Of a stretch of DNA of 64,000 bases, positions 1 through 9,188 are shown piece after piece. The position numbers were made by a program, and so were the translations under genes. How positions within the stretch are numbered: the stretch's first letter is position 1; every line of letters begins with the position of its first letter. Source of the stretch: Dehalococcoidia bacterium (GTDB lineage Bacteria; Chloroflexota; Dehalococcoidia; WHTO01); the NCBI GenBank assembly GCA_040902555.1, contig JBBDXC010000010.1, forward strand, positions 2,309 to 66,308. The letters are read 5' to 3'. The notes beneath the pieces are model-generated. The model worked only from the letters and a program-made list of their open reading frames with translations, did not search any database and was not told where the DNA came from.

Positions 1-387
1 CAGCTCGTAGCCTCCGTCGAGGATCACTTCGTTGCGATCGAGGCCGCGGAGCACGAGATCGTCTGTCGTGACAACGACATCTTCCTCGTAAAGGCCGGGC
101 GAAATAAGGACGAGGTCGCCGGGCTGGGCGGCATCCACGGCCGCCTGGATCGAGTCGTACTCGCCCGGTACGGCGCGCACCTCTTCGCGAGCGGGATCGG
201 CGACCCCTTGTGGCGCTGATGTCCCCGTCGGGGAGGCTGCTGTTGCTGGTGTGCCTGTCGGAGTGGCCGCTGCTGGAGGGCCATCGTCATCGTCGCCGCA
301 GGCCGCTAACGGCGAGAGGGCGAAGAACAGTACCAGTGCCAGAATGCTGGGTGTAACGGTGTTGACAGGCTGCGAGTATGGAGCCAA
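1..387 (-). CDS. Lipoprotein with right-handed parallel beta-helix-like domain (partial; C-terminal part lies beyond window start)
   Basis: Not in ORF track because it runs off the window edge. Reverse-strand frame directly after the ADH stop has TTG at 387 preceded by GGAGAGGAGAG. Product: hydrophobic leader ...ILALVLFFALSPLAAC-GDDDDG (lipobox), Pro/Thr/Ala-rich linker, then ...VRAVPGEYDSIQAAVDAAQPGDLVLISPGLYEEDVVVTTDDLVLRGLDRNEVILDGGYEL, typical of beta-helix proteins. Confidence 0.6.
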   Translation of the reverse strand, partial: MAPYSQPVNTVTPSILALVLFFALSPLAACGDDDDGPPAAATPTGTPATAASPTGTSAPQGVADPAREEVRAVPGEYDSIQAAVDAAQPGDLVLISPGLYEEDVVVTTDDLVLRGLDRNEVILDGGYEL

Positions 388-420
388 GCTTCTCTCCTCT
401 CCCTCGGGCGACGCGGATCG

Positions 421-1542
421 TCAGGCCGGGACAACGACGGCGCGGCTTATCTTGGTCTGGTCGCCCTGGCGGTTCTGCCACTCGGCCTGCTTGAAGGCCT
501 CGTTTATGTCAGCCAGCGGGAACTTGTGGGAGACCACGCGATCGAACGGGTAGCGGCCCTTTGAGCGGACGAGAAAGTCCAGGGCTTTGGGTATGACCCA
601 TGGGTCGTACATGATGACGCCGACCATCTTCTTACTGCCCCAGACGAAGAGCGCCGCGGGGTCGATCTCGACCGTGTTGCCGATGCTGATGTTGCCGATC
701 TCAAGGTAGGTGCCGCCGGCACGCAGCATCGACATGCCCTCAGGGATGACGCTAGGAAGTCCGACGAACTCGCCCACGACGTCGGCGCCCTTGCCGCCGG
801 TCAACTCCATCACCCGGCCGACGCGCTCCATCATGTCGGTGGTCTGGCTGATGTCGATCGTCTCGTCGGCACCGAAGTCGCGCGCCATCTTCAGGCGGTC
901 AGCCACGGCGTCGATGACGATGACCTTGTCTGCCCCCATATCCTTGGCCACGGCGCAGGCGTTCAATCCGAGCCCGCCGGCGCCCTGGACGACCAGGGTG
1001 TCGCCGAAGCGCAAGCCGGCCTGGTGCAGGCCGAAGATCACCTGCGAGAGCGCGCAGTTGACCGGCGTCACGACTTCGTTCGTCAGCTCATCGGGGACTT
1101 TGAAGACCCAGTGATTGGGGTGGAGGTAGTAGTACTCGGCAAAGGCGCCGCTGAAGCGGGTGTAGCCGCTGCTCATCTTGGCTGTCTTGTTGGGGCAGGC
1201 GGCGAACTGGCCGTGTAGGCAGGACCAACAATGCAGGCAGGGGTAGAAATAGGCGTAGGCGATGCGGTCGCCCTCCTTGAGGGGCTGGCCGAGCGAGTCC
1301 GTGGTCACGCCCTGGCCGAGGGCGGCCACCTGCCCCACCATCTCGTGTCCGCCGGTTCGGCCGACGAGGCCCGCCCAGACCGGCGAATCGCCACGCCAGA
1401 TGTGGAGGTCGGAACCGCAGACCCCGCCCATGCTCACCTTGACGAGGATCGACCCGGGCTCGAGCTCGGGGACTTCGACCTCTTCGATGGCGTAGCCCTT
1501 CTGCGGGCCCTGGTAGATAGCGGCCTTGCCTGTCTGAGCCAT
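421..1542 (-). CDS. Zinc-dependent alcohol dehydrogenase (MDR superfamily)
   Basis: 373-aa ORF; GHE zinc-ligand motif (GHEMVG), structural-zinc Cys cluster (CLHCWSCLHGQFAAC), Rossmann GxGxxG (VQGAGGLG); AGGAGG 7 nt upstream of ATG at 1542. Confidence 0.9.
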   Translation of the reverse strand: MAQTGKAAIYQGPQKGYAIEEVEVPELEPGSILVKVSMGGVCGSDLHIWRGDSPVWAGLVGRTGGHEMVGQVAALGQGVTTDSLGQPLKEGDRIAYAYFYPCLHCWSCLHGQFAACPNKTAKMSSGYTRFSGAFAEYYYLHPNHWVFKVPDELTNEVVTPVNCALSQVIFGLHQAGLRFGDTLVVQGAGGLGLNACAVAKDMGADKVIVIDAVADRLKMARDFGADETIDISQTTDMMERVGRVMELTGGKGADVVGEFVGLPSVIPEGMSMLRAGGTYLEIGNISIGNTVEIDPAALFVWGSKKMVGVIMYDPWVIPKALDFLVRSKGRYPFDRVVSHKFPLADINEAFKQAEWQNRQGDQTKISRAVVVPA

Positions 1543-1620
1543 GTAGAGCCTCCTGGATTGATGTGTGACGGTGAAGGGTAGTGTCCCGAGGCAGACGCCC
1601 CGGCGTCAAGCGGCGCCGGG

Positions 1621-3582
1621 TTAAGCGGTGACCGCCGGCTCACGCTCAAGCGTGTCGATCTCCTCCAATTGACGGCGATCGAACCTGGAGAGGGCGAAGC
1701 CGAGGGCCACGACGATGACGCCAACGACCAAGAAGACGAGCGAGTTGCGCAGGAAGAGGAAGCTGATGTCGGCCGCGATATCGCCCAGCCCGTCGGAAAG
1801 GGTGTCGTCTTCGCTGGACGTGGCGCGATCGAAGACGAAGCGGATCAAGAGCGAGCCCGCAACGGCGATGACTCCACCGAGGATCATCGCCGCGCCCAGG
1901 CCGCTGAGGCGGCCGCTGCGCCGCGTCAGGAGCAGCAGCGCGGCGGCGAGGAAGACGCTGACCCCGCCGAAGACCGCTGTTAGCTGCAGGAAGCGGTCGT
2001 GAGCGCTCTCTTGCATAACTTCAATGCCAAAGCGCACAAGGCCGGGCGTTGAGAGGTCGTCGAGCAGGCCGGAACTCGGCCCGTAGGCCTCAACGCCGGT
2101 GGCATAAGTCAAGTCTGCCGCGCGGTCGAGGATAACATCGCGCAGCTCGTCGCTCCCCAGCTCCGCGGCCTCCTCTGCGGAAAGGGTTATCGGCAGGGGG
2201 TATCCCGGCAGGGCGACCCGGCCGCCGTCGTCGGGCTCGGCTTCACGGATGGCTTGGAGGTTGTTTGCCAGGTAGCGGTCGACCTCGGTCAGCTGTGCGG
2301 CGATGCGGCGGTTGACGTCGCTGGCGGACTCCTCGCGGGTCAGCACCCAGCCGCTGAGGGCACCGATGAAGCCGGCCAGAGCGATCCCCAGCAGGATTAC
2401 GTTGAGCACCTTCCAGGGCACGCGGCCGGCGGTGTCCGGTTGGAAGCGACGCTCCCGCGCCGGCGGCGGGGCCACGTAGGGAGCTGCGGTGCGGGCGAGC
2501 GCCGGGTCGGCGGCCGCCGGCAGCCGGTCAAGCTCCTTAAAATTCTGGTCGACCTCGTCGGCCATCGCCTCGGGCATGAGGTCGAGGTAGGGTTCTGTCT
2601 TGCCGTCGCGCGGGCGCTCGAGGAGCGAGGGGTATTCGTCAGGCGAGACCGCGGGTGCCGGGCGCGATGGCCGCGGCTGTGTGGGCGACGCCGCGGGAGG
2701 GGCCTCGAAATATTCATCCCTCGCGGCCATCTCCTCCGCGTCTGGAATCACCGGTGGAATCGAGGGCTCGGCCGCTTGCGGGAAGATGGGTGGGGCCAGG
2801 GGCACCCTCCGCTGCTTCTCCGCCTCCTTGAGGATGTCGGAGAGGCGCAGGCGGGCGCTCGTCGTAGATATCTCCGGAGTGGGCTGCGGTGGCGGCAGCT
2901 CATCCGCGGCGCCGGGTGGGAATATGGGCCTCTCCGCGGCCTCCGTTACCTCGGCTGGCCGATCATGATCAGCAAGACCGGTGCTGCCTGCCGGCATTTC
3001 ATCAGGAACGGCCATGACGGACGCGGGTGGTTCGGGCTGGATCGCTTGCGGCTGCGGCTCGGTTACGGCCGAACGTGGGGTGGCCTCGATGGCCTCCTCG
3101 ACCGCGGAAGGCTGGATCAGCGTTGGTTGCTCGGCCTGGACCGAACTAAGGTCATCGCTTGCGGTGATTGGCAGGGTCGTCTGTTCGTTCAGAGGCTCGG
3201 CGGTTTTGCGGGGGCGCCTACCCCTCTTCTTCGGAGCCGCCTCGGCTATCGCCTCGGCCGTCGGGACAGGAGGAAGAGGGATGGGGTATTCCGACGTTTC
3301 TGGCGCTTCGGTTTGATCCGACGGCATGTCCGCAGGGATTTCCTCGGCCTCCGGCTCGGGAACAGCGGGGGCAGCCGCGGGAGGGATCTCGGTGGTGTCA
3401 ATCGGCTCAGCCGGCGCAGCGTACGGGCGGGTTTCCGTCAGCTCCCTGGCGTCAACGTCGGCGGTACCGTTGACCGCCTGCGCGTCGTCGGTGGCTTCCG
3501 GCGCGGGCGTAGGCTCGGCCTGCCGCGACGGCTTGAGCCAGGGAAGCGGGTTGCCGCCACCGTCGAAGGGACTGGACGCCAT
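1621..3582 (-). CDS. Hypothetical membrane protein with long Pro/Ala/Glu-rich N-terminal region
   Basis: 653-aa ORF; its ATG directly abuts the RDD gene stop (TAAATG on the coding strand). First ~370 aa are low-complexity and proline-rich; C-terminal part has several hydrophobic TM-like segments; no catalytic motif recognised. Confidence 0.6.
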   Translation of the reverse strand: MASSPFDGGGNPLPWLKPSRQAEPTPAPEATDDAQAVNGTADVDARELTETRPYAAPAEPIDTTEIPPAAAPAVPEPEAEEIPADMPSDQTEAPETSEYPIPLPPVPTAEAIAEAAPKKRGRRPRKTAEPLNEQTTLPITASDDLSSVQAEQPTLIQPSAVEEAIEATPRSAVTEPQPQAIQPEPPASVMAVPDEMPAGSTGLADHDRPAEVTEAAERPIFPPGAADELPPPQPTPEISTTSARLRLSDILKEAEKQRRVPLAPPIFPQAAEPSIPPVIPDAEEMAARDEYFEAPPAASPTQPRPSRPAPAVSPDEYPSLLERPRDGKTEPYLDLMPEAMADEVDQNFKELDRLPAAADPALARTAAPYVAPPPARERRFQPDTAGRVPWKVLNVILLGIALAGFIGALSGWVLTREESASDVNRRIAAQLTEVDRYLANNLQAIREAEPDDGGRVALPGYPLPITLSAEEAAELGSDELRDVILDRAADLTYATGVEAYGPSSGLLDDLSTPGLVRFGIEVMQESAHDRFLQLTAVFGGVSVFLAAALLLLTRRSGRLSGLGAAMILGGVIAVAGSLLIRFVFDRATSSEDDTLSDGLGDIAADISFLFLRNSLVFLVVGVIVVALGFALSRFDRRQLEEIDTLEREPAVTA

Positions 3583-4176
3583 TTAGCCCTCCACCACCAC
3601 TGTGCCAGCCAGGATGTCGTGCAAGCCCCGGCGCTCGGCGTCGAACAGTGAATAAATGAAGCCGCCCACGCCGGCCAGGGCTATGACGAGGAAGATGCCG
3701 ATGGTGACCGTGAAGCTGCCGAAGTCGCCACTGGCCGCGTCGAAGAGGACTATCGCGGCCCAGAGCGAAAACAGGGCGATGAAGACGAAAATCGAGGGGA
3801 TGGCCAGCGCCAGGTAGCGCAGGAAGGCGCGTGACAGGCCGAGCTTGTAGCCGTCCCGGCGGACGACCCTGATCGAGACGATCATCTGGCCGATTGTCTG
3901 CCCCGCCGAAAGCCAGAGGCCGACGTAGTAGAGCAGGGTGAAGAGGATGAAGGCGGGAACTATCGGGATCACGGCCCAGATCGCCCAGTCGGGAAGATCC
4001 TCCTCGCCCGAGTCTGTAGCGAAGACGAGGGGGAGAAGAAAAAGGGCAATGAGCAGCAACAGCACGCCGGCGAGGACGAGCAGGTCGAGCAGATAGGCCA
4101 CGACCTTAGCTTCAAAAGATGCGTAGGACAGGCCGTAACGCGTGTGTTGCCTTGCCTGGGCTGCGCTGACGGTCAA
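3583..4176 (-). CDS. RDD family membrane protein
   Basis: 197-aa multi-TM ORF with the Arg...Asp...Asp signature of RDD proteins (VRRDGYKLGLSRAF ... ERRGLHDILAGT). Confidence 0.8.
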   Translation of the reverse strand: MTVSAAQARQHTRYGLSYASFEAKVVAYLLDLLVLAGVLLLLIALFLLPLVFATDSGEEDLPDWAIWAVIPIVPAFILFTLLYYVGLWLSAGQTIGQMIVSIRVVRRDGYKLGLSRAFLRYLALAIPSIFVFIALFSLWAAIVLFDAASGDFGSFTVTIGIFLVIALAGVGGFIYSLFDAERRGLHDILAGTVVVEG

Positions 4177-4232
4177 AAGTTCAGGCTCCGGCTGGACGAG
4201 AGTCCGAGGGCGATTATAGGGAAGCCCACCTT

Positions 4233-6095
4233 CTAGGGGATAGAGATAACGGACTGCGCGACCGGCGGCAGCTCGTCCTCGGCGGCTTCCACCAGCTCCA
4301 AATGGTATTTTTCGTCGCGCTGCAGGATCAGCTTCATACTGGGCTGGCCGAAGGAGAGCAGGTGCAGGTCGTGACGCTCGCCCAGGCGTTTCATGATCAC
4401 CTGGATCACGCTGAAGGCCTGCGCGGTTACCTCGTTCAGGCTGAGGTCGTGGCCGACTCTCGACTCGAGGTCGGACTGTGCGATGGAGCGCAGCCCGAGC
4501 CGGCTGAAGGCGTCGATCAAGAGCCCCACCTCTACGCCGCGGCCGGCGAAGATCGGCATCTGCTCGACGGCTGAGCGGCGAATGGCGTGCTCGCGACTCA
4601 GCGGCTCGACCACGCCGGACAGCTCGGGGAAGAAGAGGTTGAGCAGCGGGCGCGCGGTGAGCTCGGTGATCTGCATGCGGCCGTCGCCGAAGTCGGCGTC
4701 GTTGGCCGTCTCAGGCCGCTGGTAGAAGCCTTTAACGTACTGCAGGCCGTCGTGCGTCAGCAACGGCCCGACCACGCCGTAGACCATGCGCGGGTGGATA
4801 TTGCGGATGTCACCCTCGAGCCAGGCCACGATGTCGCCTTTGAGGTGGCCGAGGCTATTCCAGATCGCTCGCCCCGGGCGGGCCCCCGCCGGGCCCCGGC
4901 CGTTCCTCGATAAGGTCGCTGGAGCCTCCGTAGCAGAGCTCAGAGGAACGCCCTCCTGGTCGAAGACGACCAGCTCGTCGAGCAGAGCGTGGCGTTCTTG
5001 CAGCTCGGCGCGCAGCGTCTCCACGATGTTGGGCAGGGCGCCGCGGTCCTCAGACGCCATGACAGCGAGGCTGACCGTCAGCCGGGCGCGGCGCTTTGCC
5101 TTGACGAGCAGGCCGATGTCGCTGAACTCGCGGCAGTGGAAGGTGTTGTCGGCGAACCAGCGGTCGACGAGCACGTTGATGCTGGGGGCTGGGGCCTGAA
5201 AGATCGCAGGGTCGGGCGGCGTCCCGGCCTTAACCACAACTGTTGTGCACGAAGCCTCCGCTGCGACACGCTCGGGCACCTCGCCGAGGCCCTCGCCGGG
5301 TTGCCCGCTGGCCAGGGCGGCGCCGAGGACGAGCAGGTCGAAGCGCTGAGATTCCTTGACGATGGTCTCGCTGACTTCCTCCGTGCTGACCGTGTGCAGG
5401 TGCAACCGCGGGTAGTCGCGGCAGCGCGCAAGGAGCGACTGGAAGAGGCGGTGCTCGCGCTGGCGAGCCTGTTCGCCGCTGGACGGCCGTTCGACATGCA
5501 TCAGGGTGATGTCGGCCCCGTAGCGGTGGCCGATGCTGAGCGCGAGTTCGAGGGCCAGCTCGGCCTGAGGCCCGCCGCGCGCAGCGACGAGGACACGCCG
5601 CCAGTCGCCCGCCTCGCCGGAGCGAAGGAAGGCGGCATCGCAGGGTGGCGACGACGCGAGGTCGGCATCGTCCTTCGCCCCGCTCTGCCCCGGCCAGCCG
5701 ACGACCAGGAAGGATGCGGGAGCACTGCGGACCGCCGCCCTGACCCCCGCCGCAAAGGACGGCGCGGTCCGCACGATGGTGCGCTCTCCATAGAGACCTG
5801 CCTTGCGCACGGCGGTACCGATGCCGCGGCGCAGCTGGCGAGCGCTATGAGCGTCGCGGCCCGCGTCACCCGACGCCGCGACCACACCGAGCACGATCAG
5901 CTCTTGGTCGGGGTGGGAGGCACGCATTGCACTGTTGGCAAAGTTAAGTAGGGACTGCGCGTCCTCGGCGCTACTCAGGGCAAGAATGACCCTGTACGTT
6001 TGCTCTCCAGCTCCCAATCCAGCCGCCACTGCACTACCGAGCGAGTTGCGGGAACCGGACGGGCCGTGCACCCGGCGGCTCCTGAGTTCAAGCAT
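4233..6095 (-). CDS. Tandem universal-stress-protein domains fused to a glycosyltransferase-like domain (glucosyl-3-phosphoglycerate synthase-like)
   Basis: ORF track 4233..6170. N-terminal half has two UspA-like alpha/beta units (YRVILALSS..., RRVLVAARGG...LMHVER...TTVVVK). C-terminal ~300 aa resembles GT81-type glycosyltransferases (IVAWLEGDIRNIHPRMVYG..., ITELTARPLLNLFFPEL...). Start uncertain (6170, 6122 or 6095). Confidence 0.65.
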   Translation of the reverse strand: MLELRSRRVHGPSGSRNSLGSAVAAGLGAGEQTYRVILALSSAEDAQSLLNFANSAMRASHPDQELIVLGVVAASGDAGRDAHSARQLRRGIGTAVRKAGLYGERTIVRTAPSFAAGVRAAVRSAPASFLVVGWPGQSGAKDDADLASSPPCDAAFLRSGEAGDWRRVLVAARGGPQAELALELALSIGHRYGADITLMHVERPSSGEQARQREHRLFQSLLARCRDYPRLHLHTVSTEEVSETIVKESQRFDLLVLGAALASGQPGEGLGEVPERVAAEASCTTVVVKAGTPPDPAIFQAPAPSINVLVDRWFADNTFHCREFSDIGLLVKAKRRARLTVSLAVMASEDRGALPNIVETLRAELQERHALLDELVVFDQEGVPLSSATEAPATLSRNGRGPAGARPGRAIWNSLGHLKGDIVAWLEGDIRNIHPRMVYGVVGPLLTHDGLQYVKGFYQRPETANDADFGDGRMQITELTARPLLNLFFPELSGVVEPLSREHAIRRSAVEQMPIFAGRGVEVGLLIDAFSRLGLRSIAQSDLESRVGHDLSLNEVTAQAFSVIQVIMKRLGERHDLHLLSFGQPSMKLILQRDEKYHLELVEAAEDELPPVAQSVISIP

Positions 6096-6121
6096 AGTCG
6101 GCCCCCTCTGTCGTAGAACCA

Positions 6122-7318
6122 TTGTGTATGCAGGACGGACGGCGCCAGTTCCGGATCGCGGTGTTGGCATTTGCCCTCTACCTGGGGACGCTCGCCGGCG
6201 GTACGCTCCTGCTGGCGCAGACGCTCGGGGCGGTGGGCGGCGGGCAGGGCTTCAGCGTCCCCCGCTACGAGGTCGATCACCTGCTCGGTCATGGGCTCTA
6301 CCAGCTCAGGGTCGCTTTTGGCCTCGAGAATCGGTCTGACGGAGAAGAGCGAGAGCTCATCCTCGAGTTCCTGGCGCTGACGGCGGAGGCGCGCGACCTC
6401 GCCGAGGCCGACGCCACTGACCCACGGATCGACGCAGTCCTTGCGCGTCGCGACCAGATCGAAAACGACGTCGAGGCCGTCCTCGCGGGCTATGTCGCCG
6501 ACGCCATCCGTTCGGCCGGCCTGACGACGGAGCTCCCGCTCTTTAGCTCGGCGGAGCCGGTCTGGCCGCCCGTCGCCCTCGAGTTTGAAAGGCCGCCGCG
6601 AATCCTGGCGGTTTCCCCCCGCGACAGGATCGAATTGGTCAGCTCGGACCTGCTCGACCCGGACCTCGAAAGTGCAGAGGCCATCGAGATTGAGCAGCGT
6701 TCCGAGGACGATGGTTTCTCCGCGCTTGTCGAGGACATCGGCGGGCTGGGCTCCTATCCGAGCAACGTCCGGCCCGGCCTCTACTACGAGCGGCTGCTGA
6801 CCCTGATCGCCCATGAGTGGATGCACCACTATCTCTCGTTCTATCCCCTGGGACTGACTTACTTCGACAACGCGGAATCACGAATTTTAAACGAGACGGT
6901 GGCCACACTGGTTGGCAACGAGCTCGGCGACGAAGCCGTGAGGCTGCATCCGATCGAGGGCGCCCCGGCGCCGCCGGCGCCGACGACCACGATCGACTTC
7001 CGGGGCACCATGCGCTCGCTGCGGCTGGAAGTGGACGACCTCCTGGCTCAGGGGGACATCGCCCAGGCCGAGGCGCGGATGGAAGAGGTGCGCCAGCAAC
7101 TCGCGGATGAAGACATTTTTATCCGCCGGATCAACCAGGCTTACTTCGCTTTTCATGGCAGCTATGGCGACGCACCGCAGTCGAGCAGTCCGATTGGACC
7201 CCTGATCAATGAGCTGCGAGAGGCGTCTGCGTCACTCGCCCGCTTTGTCGTGCTGGTGCGGGAGATAACGACCGAACGCGAGCTGGCCAGGGCAGCCGAC
7301 GCGGTTCAACCTGACTGA
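6122..7318 (+). CDS. Putative membrane-anchored zinc metalloprotease (HExxH motif)
   Basis: 398-aa ORF with GC-rich third codon positions; N-terminal TM helix (FRIAVLAFALYLGTLAGGTLLLA); HEWMHH zinc-binding motif. Overlapping minus-strand ORF 5975..6829 judged antisense. Confidence 0.6.
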   Translation: MCMQDGRRQFRIAVLAFALYLGTLAGGTLLLAQTLGAVGGGQGFSVPRYEVDHLLGHGLYQLRVAFGLENRSDGEERELILEFLALTAEARDLAEADATDPRIDAVLARRDQIENDVEAVLAGYVADAIRSAGLTTELPLFSSAEPVWPPVALEFERPPRILAVSPRDRIELVSSDLLDPDLESAEAIEIEQRSEDDGFSALVEDIGGLGSYPSNVRPGLYYERLLTLIAHEWMHHYLSFYPLGLTYFDNAESRILNETVATLVGNELGDEAVRLHPIEGAPAPPAPTTTIDFRGTMRSLRLEVDDLLAQGDIAQAEARMEEVRQQLADEDIFIRRINQAYFAFHGSYGDAPQSSSPIGPLINELREASASLARFVVLVREITTERELARAADAVQPD

Positions 7319-7361
7319 CCCCGCTTCTATACTCGTCAGACATCCAGCACCCGGGAGGTAT

Positions 7362-7652
7362 TTGTTGGCGCTCAGCTCCGACGAGGTACGCCACATCGCT
7401 TCGCTCGCCAGGCTCGCCCTCGCCGAGGCTGAGGTTGAGCGGCTGCGCGAGCAGCTCTCAGGCATCCTGGAGCACTTCGAGCTCCTCGGCGAGCTTGATA
7501 CGAGCGGCGTTGAGCCGACGGCCCACACCCTGCCCCTGACCAACGTGATGCGCGACGACGTGGCGAGGCCCTCGCTCAGCGTTGAGGACGTCCTATCCGT
7601 GGCCCCGCGAACGGAGTCTGCGTACATCCGCATCAGGGCTGTCTTCGAGTAG
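7362..7652 (+). CDS. gatC: Asp-tRNA(Asn)/Glu-tRNA(Gln) amidotransferase subunit C
   Basis: 96-aa ORF with typical GatC sequence; TTG start after GGGAGG; stop overlaps the gatA start. Confidence 0.9.
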   Translation: MLALSSDEVRHIASLARLALAEAEVERLREQLSGILEHFELLGELDTSGVEPTAHTLPLTNVMRDDVARPSLSVEDVLSVAPRTESAYIRIRAVFE

Positions 7653-9106
7653 TGGAGCTGTTCGAGCTCAGCGTCGAGGAGGCCGGCCGCCGGCTGGCGT
7701 CCAAAGAGGTCTCATCGGTCGAGCTGACCCGCGCGGTCCTTGAAAGGACAGACCGGGTCGAGCCTGGCATCCGTTCGTTCATCACGCGCACGCCGGAACT
7801 GGCCCTGGAGCAGGCGGCAGAGGCGGACCGGGCGATCGCCGGCGGCAGGGCCGGCCCTCTGACCGGGGTTCCCATGGCGCTGAAGGATGCCCTCTCCACT
7901 GCCGGCATCCGCACGACCTGCGGGTCGAAGATACTCGAGAATTTCGTGCCGCTCTATGACGCCTTCGTCGTCGCGCGGCTGCGGGAGGCGGGGGCGGTGC
8001 TCGTCGGCAAGACGAACATGGACGAGTTCGCGATGGGCTCCTCGACCGAGAACTCAGCCTACTTCCCCACGCGGAACCCGTGGAACAAGAACCTGGTGCC
8101 GGGCGGATCGTCCGGGGGCAGCGCGGCCGCTGTTTCCGCCGGGGAGGCGCTGTTTGCCCTAGGCACGGATACCGGCGGTAGCATCCGCCAGCCGGCAGCC
8201 CTGACGGGGGTCGTGGGCATGAAGCCGACCTATGGGCGGGTCAGCCGCTACGGCGTCGTCGCCTTCGCCAGCTCGCTCGACCAGGTGGGGCCATTGACGC
8301 GGACCGTGCGCGATTCTGCGCTCGTCCTGCAAGCAATTGCCGGACACGACGACGACGATTCGACCAGCGCGCCGCTGGAAGTCCCCGACTTCACTGGCGG
8401 GCTCGACGGCGGCGTCCGCGGCCTACGCATCGGTGTGCCCCGCGAGTACTTCCCCGACGACATGGAGCCCGGGGTCCGCGAGGCCGTATCGCAGGCGATC
8501 AACGTCCTTGTCGCTGAGGGAGCCACGGTTGACTGGGAGGTTAGCCTGCCCAGCACGCCCTACGCCCTGGCGACCTACTACATCATCGCCCCGAGCGAGG
8601 CCTCGGCGAACCTGGCCCGCTATGACGGCGTCAAATACGGCTACTCCTACCAGGAAGGCAGGTCGATGTGGGAAAACATGGAGCAGACGCGGGGCCGCGG
8701 CTTCGGGGCCGAGGTCAAGCGCCGTATCATGCTCGGGACCTACGCGCTGTCGTCCGGGTACTACGACGCGTATTACGTCAAGGCGCAGAAGGTGCGGACG
8801 CTTATCCGCGCGGAGTTCGACGAGGCCTTCAAAACCTACGACGTTCTGGTCTCGCCCACTACGCCGACCACCGCCTTCCCCATCGGGGCCAAGGTCGACG
8901 ACCCCTACACCATGTACCTGAACGATGTCTGCACGCTGCCGGTGAATATCGCTGGTCTGCCCGGGATCTCCGTGCCCTGCGGGCTGGTGGACGGCCTGCC
9001 GGTGGGCCTGCAGGTGATGGGTAAGCCCTTCGACGAGGCCACGATGCTGAGGGTTGCCCACACCTACGAGATTGCCGCGGGGTTCAGCGCGCGCCCGCCG
9101 CTCTAG
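7652..9106 (+). CDS. gatA: Asp-tRNA(Asn)/Glu-tRNA(Gln) amidotransferase subunit A
   Basis: 484-aa amidase-signature protein (GGSSGGSAAAV); conserved GatA N-terminus; immediately downstream of gatC. Confidence 0.95.
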   Translation: MELFELSVEEAGRRLASKEVSSVELTRAVLERTDRVEPGIRSFITRTPELALEQAAEADRAIAGGRAGPLTGVPMALKDALSTAGIRTTCGSKILENFVPLYDAFVVARLREAGAVLVGKTNMDEFAMGSSTENSAYFPTRNPWNKNLVPGGSSGGSAAAVSAGEALFALGTDTGGSIRQPAALTGVVGMKPTYGRVSRYGVVAFASSLDQVGPLTRTVRDSALVLQAIAGHDDDDSTSAPLEVPDFTGGLDGGVRGLRIGVPREYFPDDMEPGVREAVSQAINVLVAEGATVDWEVSLPSTPYALATYYIIAPSEASANLARYDGVKYGYSYQEGRSMWENMEQTRGRGFGAEVKRRIMLGTYALSSGYYDAYYVKAQKVRTLIRAEFDEAFKTYDVLVSPTTPTTAFPIGAKVDDPYTMYLNDVCTLPVNIAGLPGISVPCGLVDGLPVGLQVMGKPFDEATMLRVAHTYEIAAGFSARPPL

Positions 9107-9188
9107 GCAGGCTGTCTCCGTGGGCGCCCTGCCTCCACGGGAGTCCTCCTGAGCTGAACCTTGACGCGGTAATCTCGCGGTTCCATGC

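Noticed and set aside
2254-3651. 465-aa plus-strand ORF
   Set aside because: Antisense to the proline-rich membrane protein gene; highly Arg/Gly-rich, reads through the RDD-gene junction, no RBS.
5975-6829. 284-aa minus-strand ORF overlapping the metalloprotease gene
   Set aside because: The plus-strand frame has strong third-position GC bias, a TM helix and an HExxH motif; the minus frame has none of these.
9107-9150. Terminator hairpin after gatA
   Set aside because: The inverted repeat (CTCCGTGG...CCACGGGAG) is imperfect and lacks a following T-tract; too weak to call.
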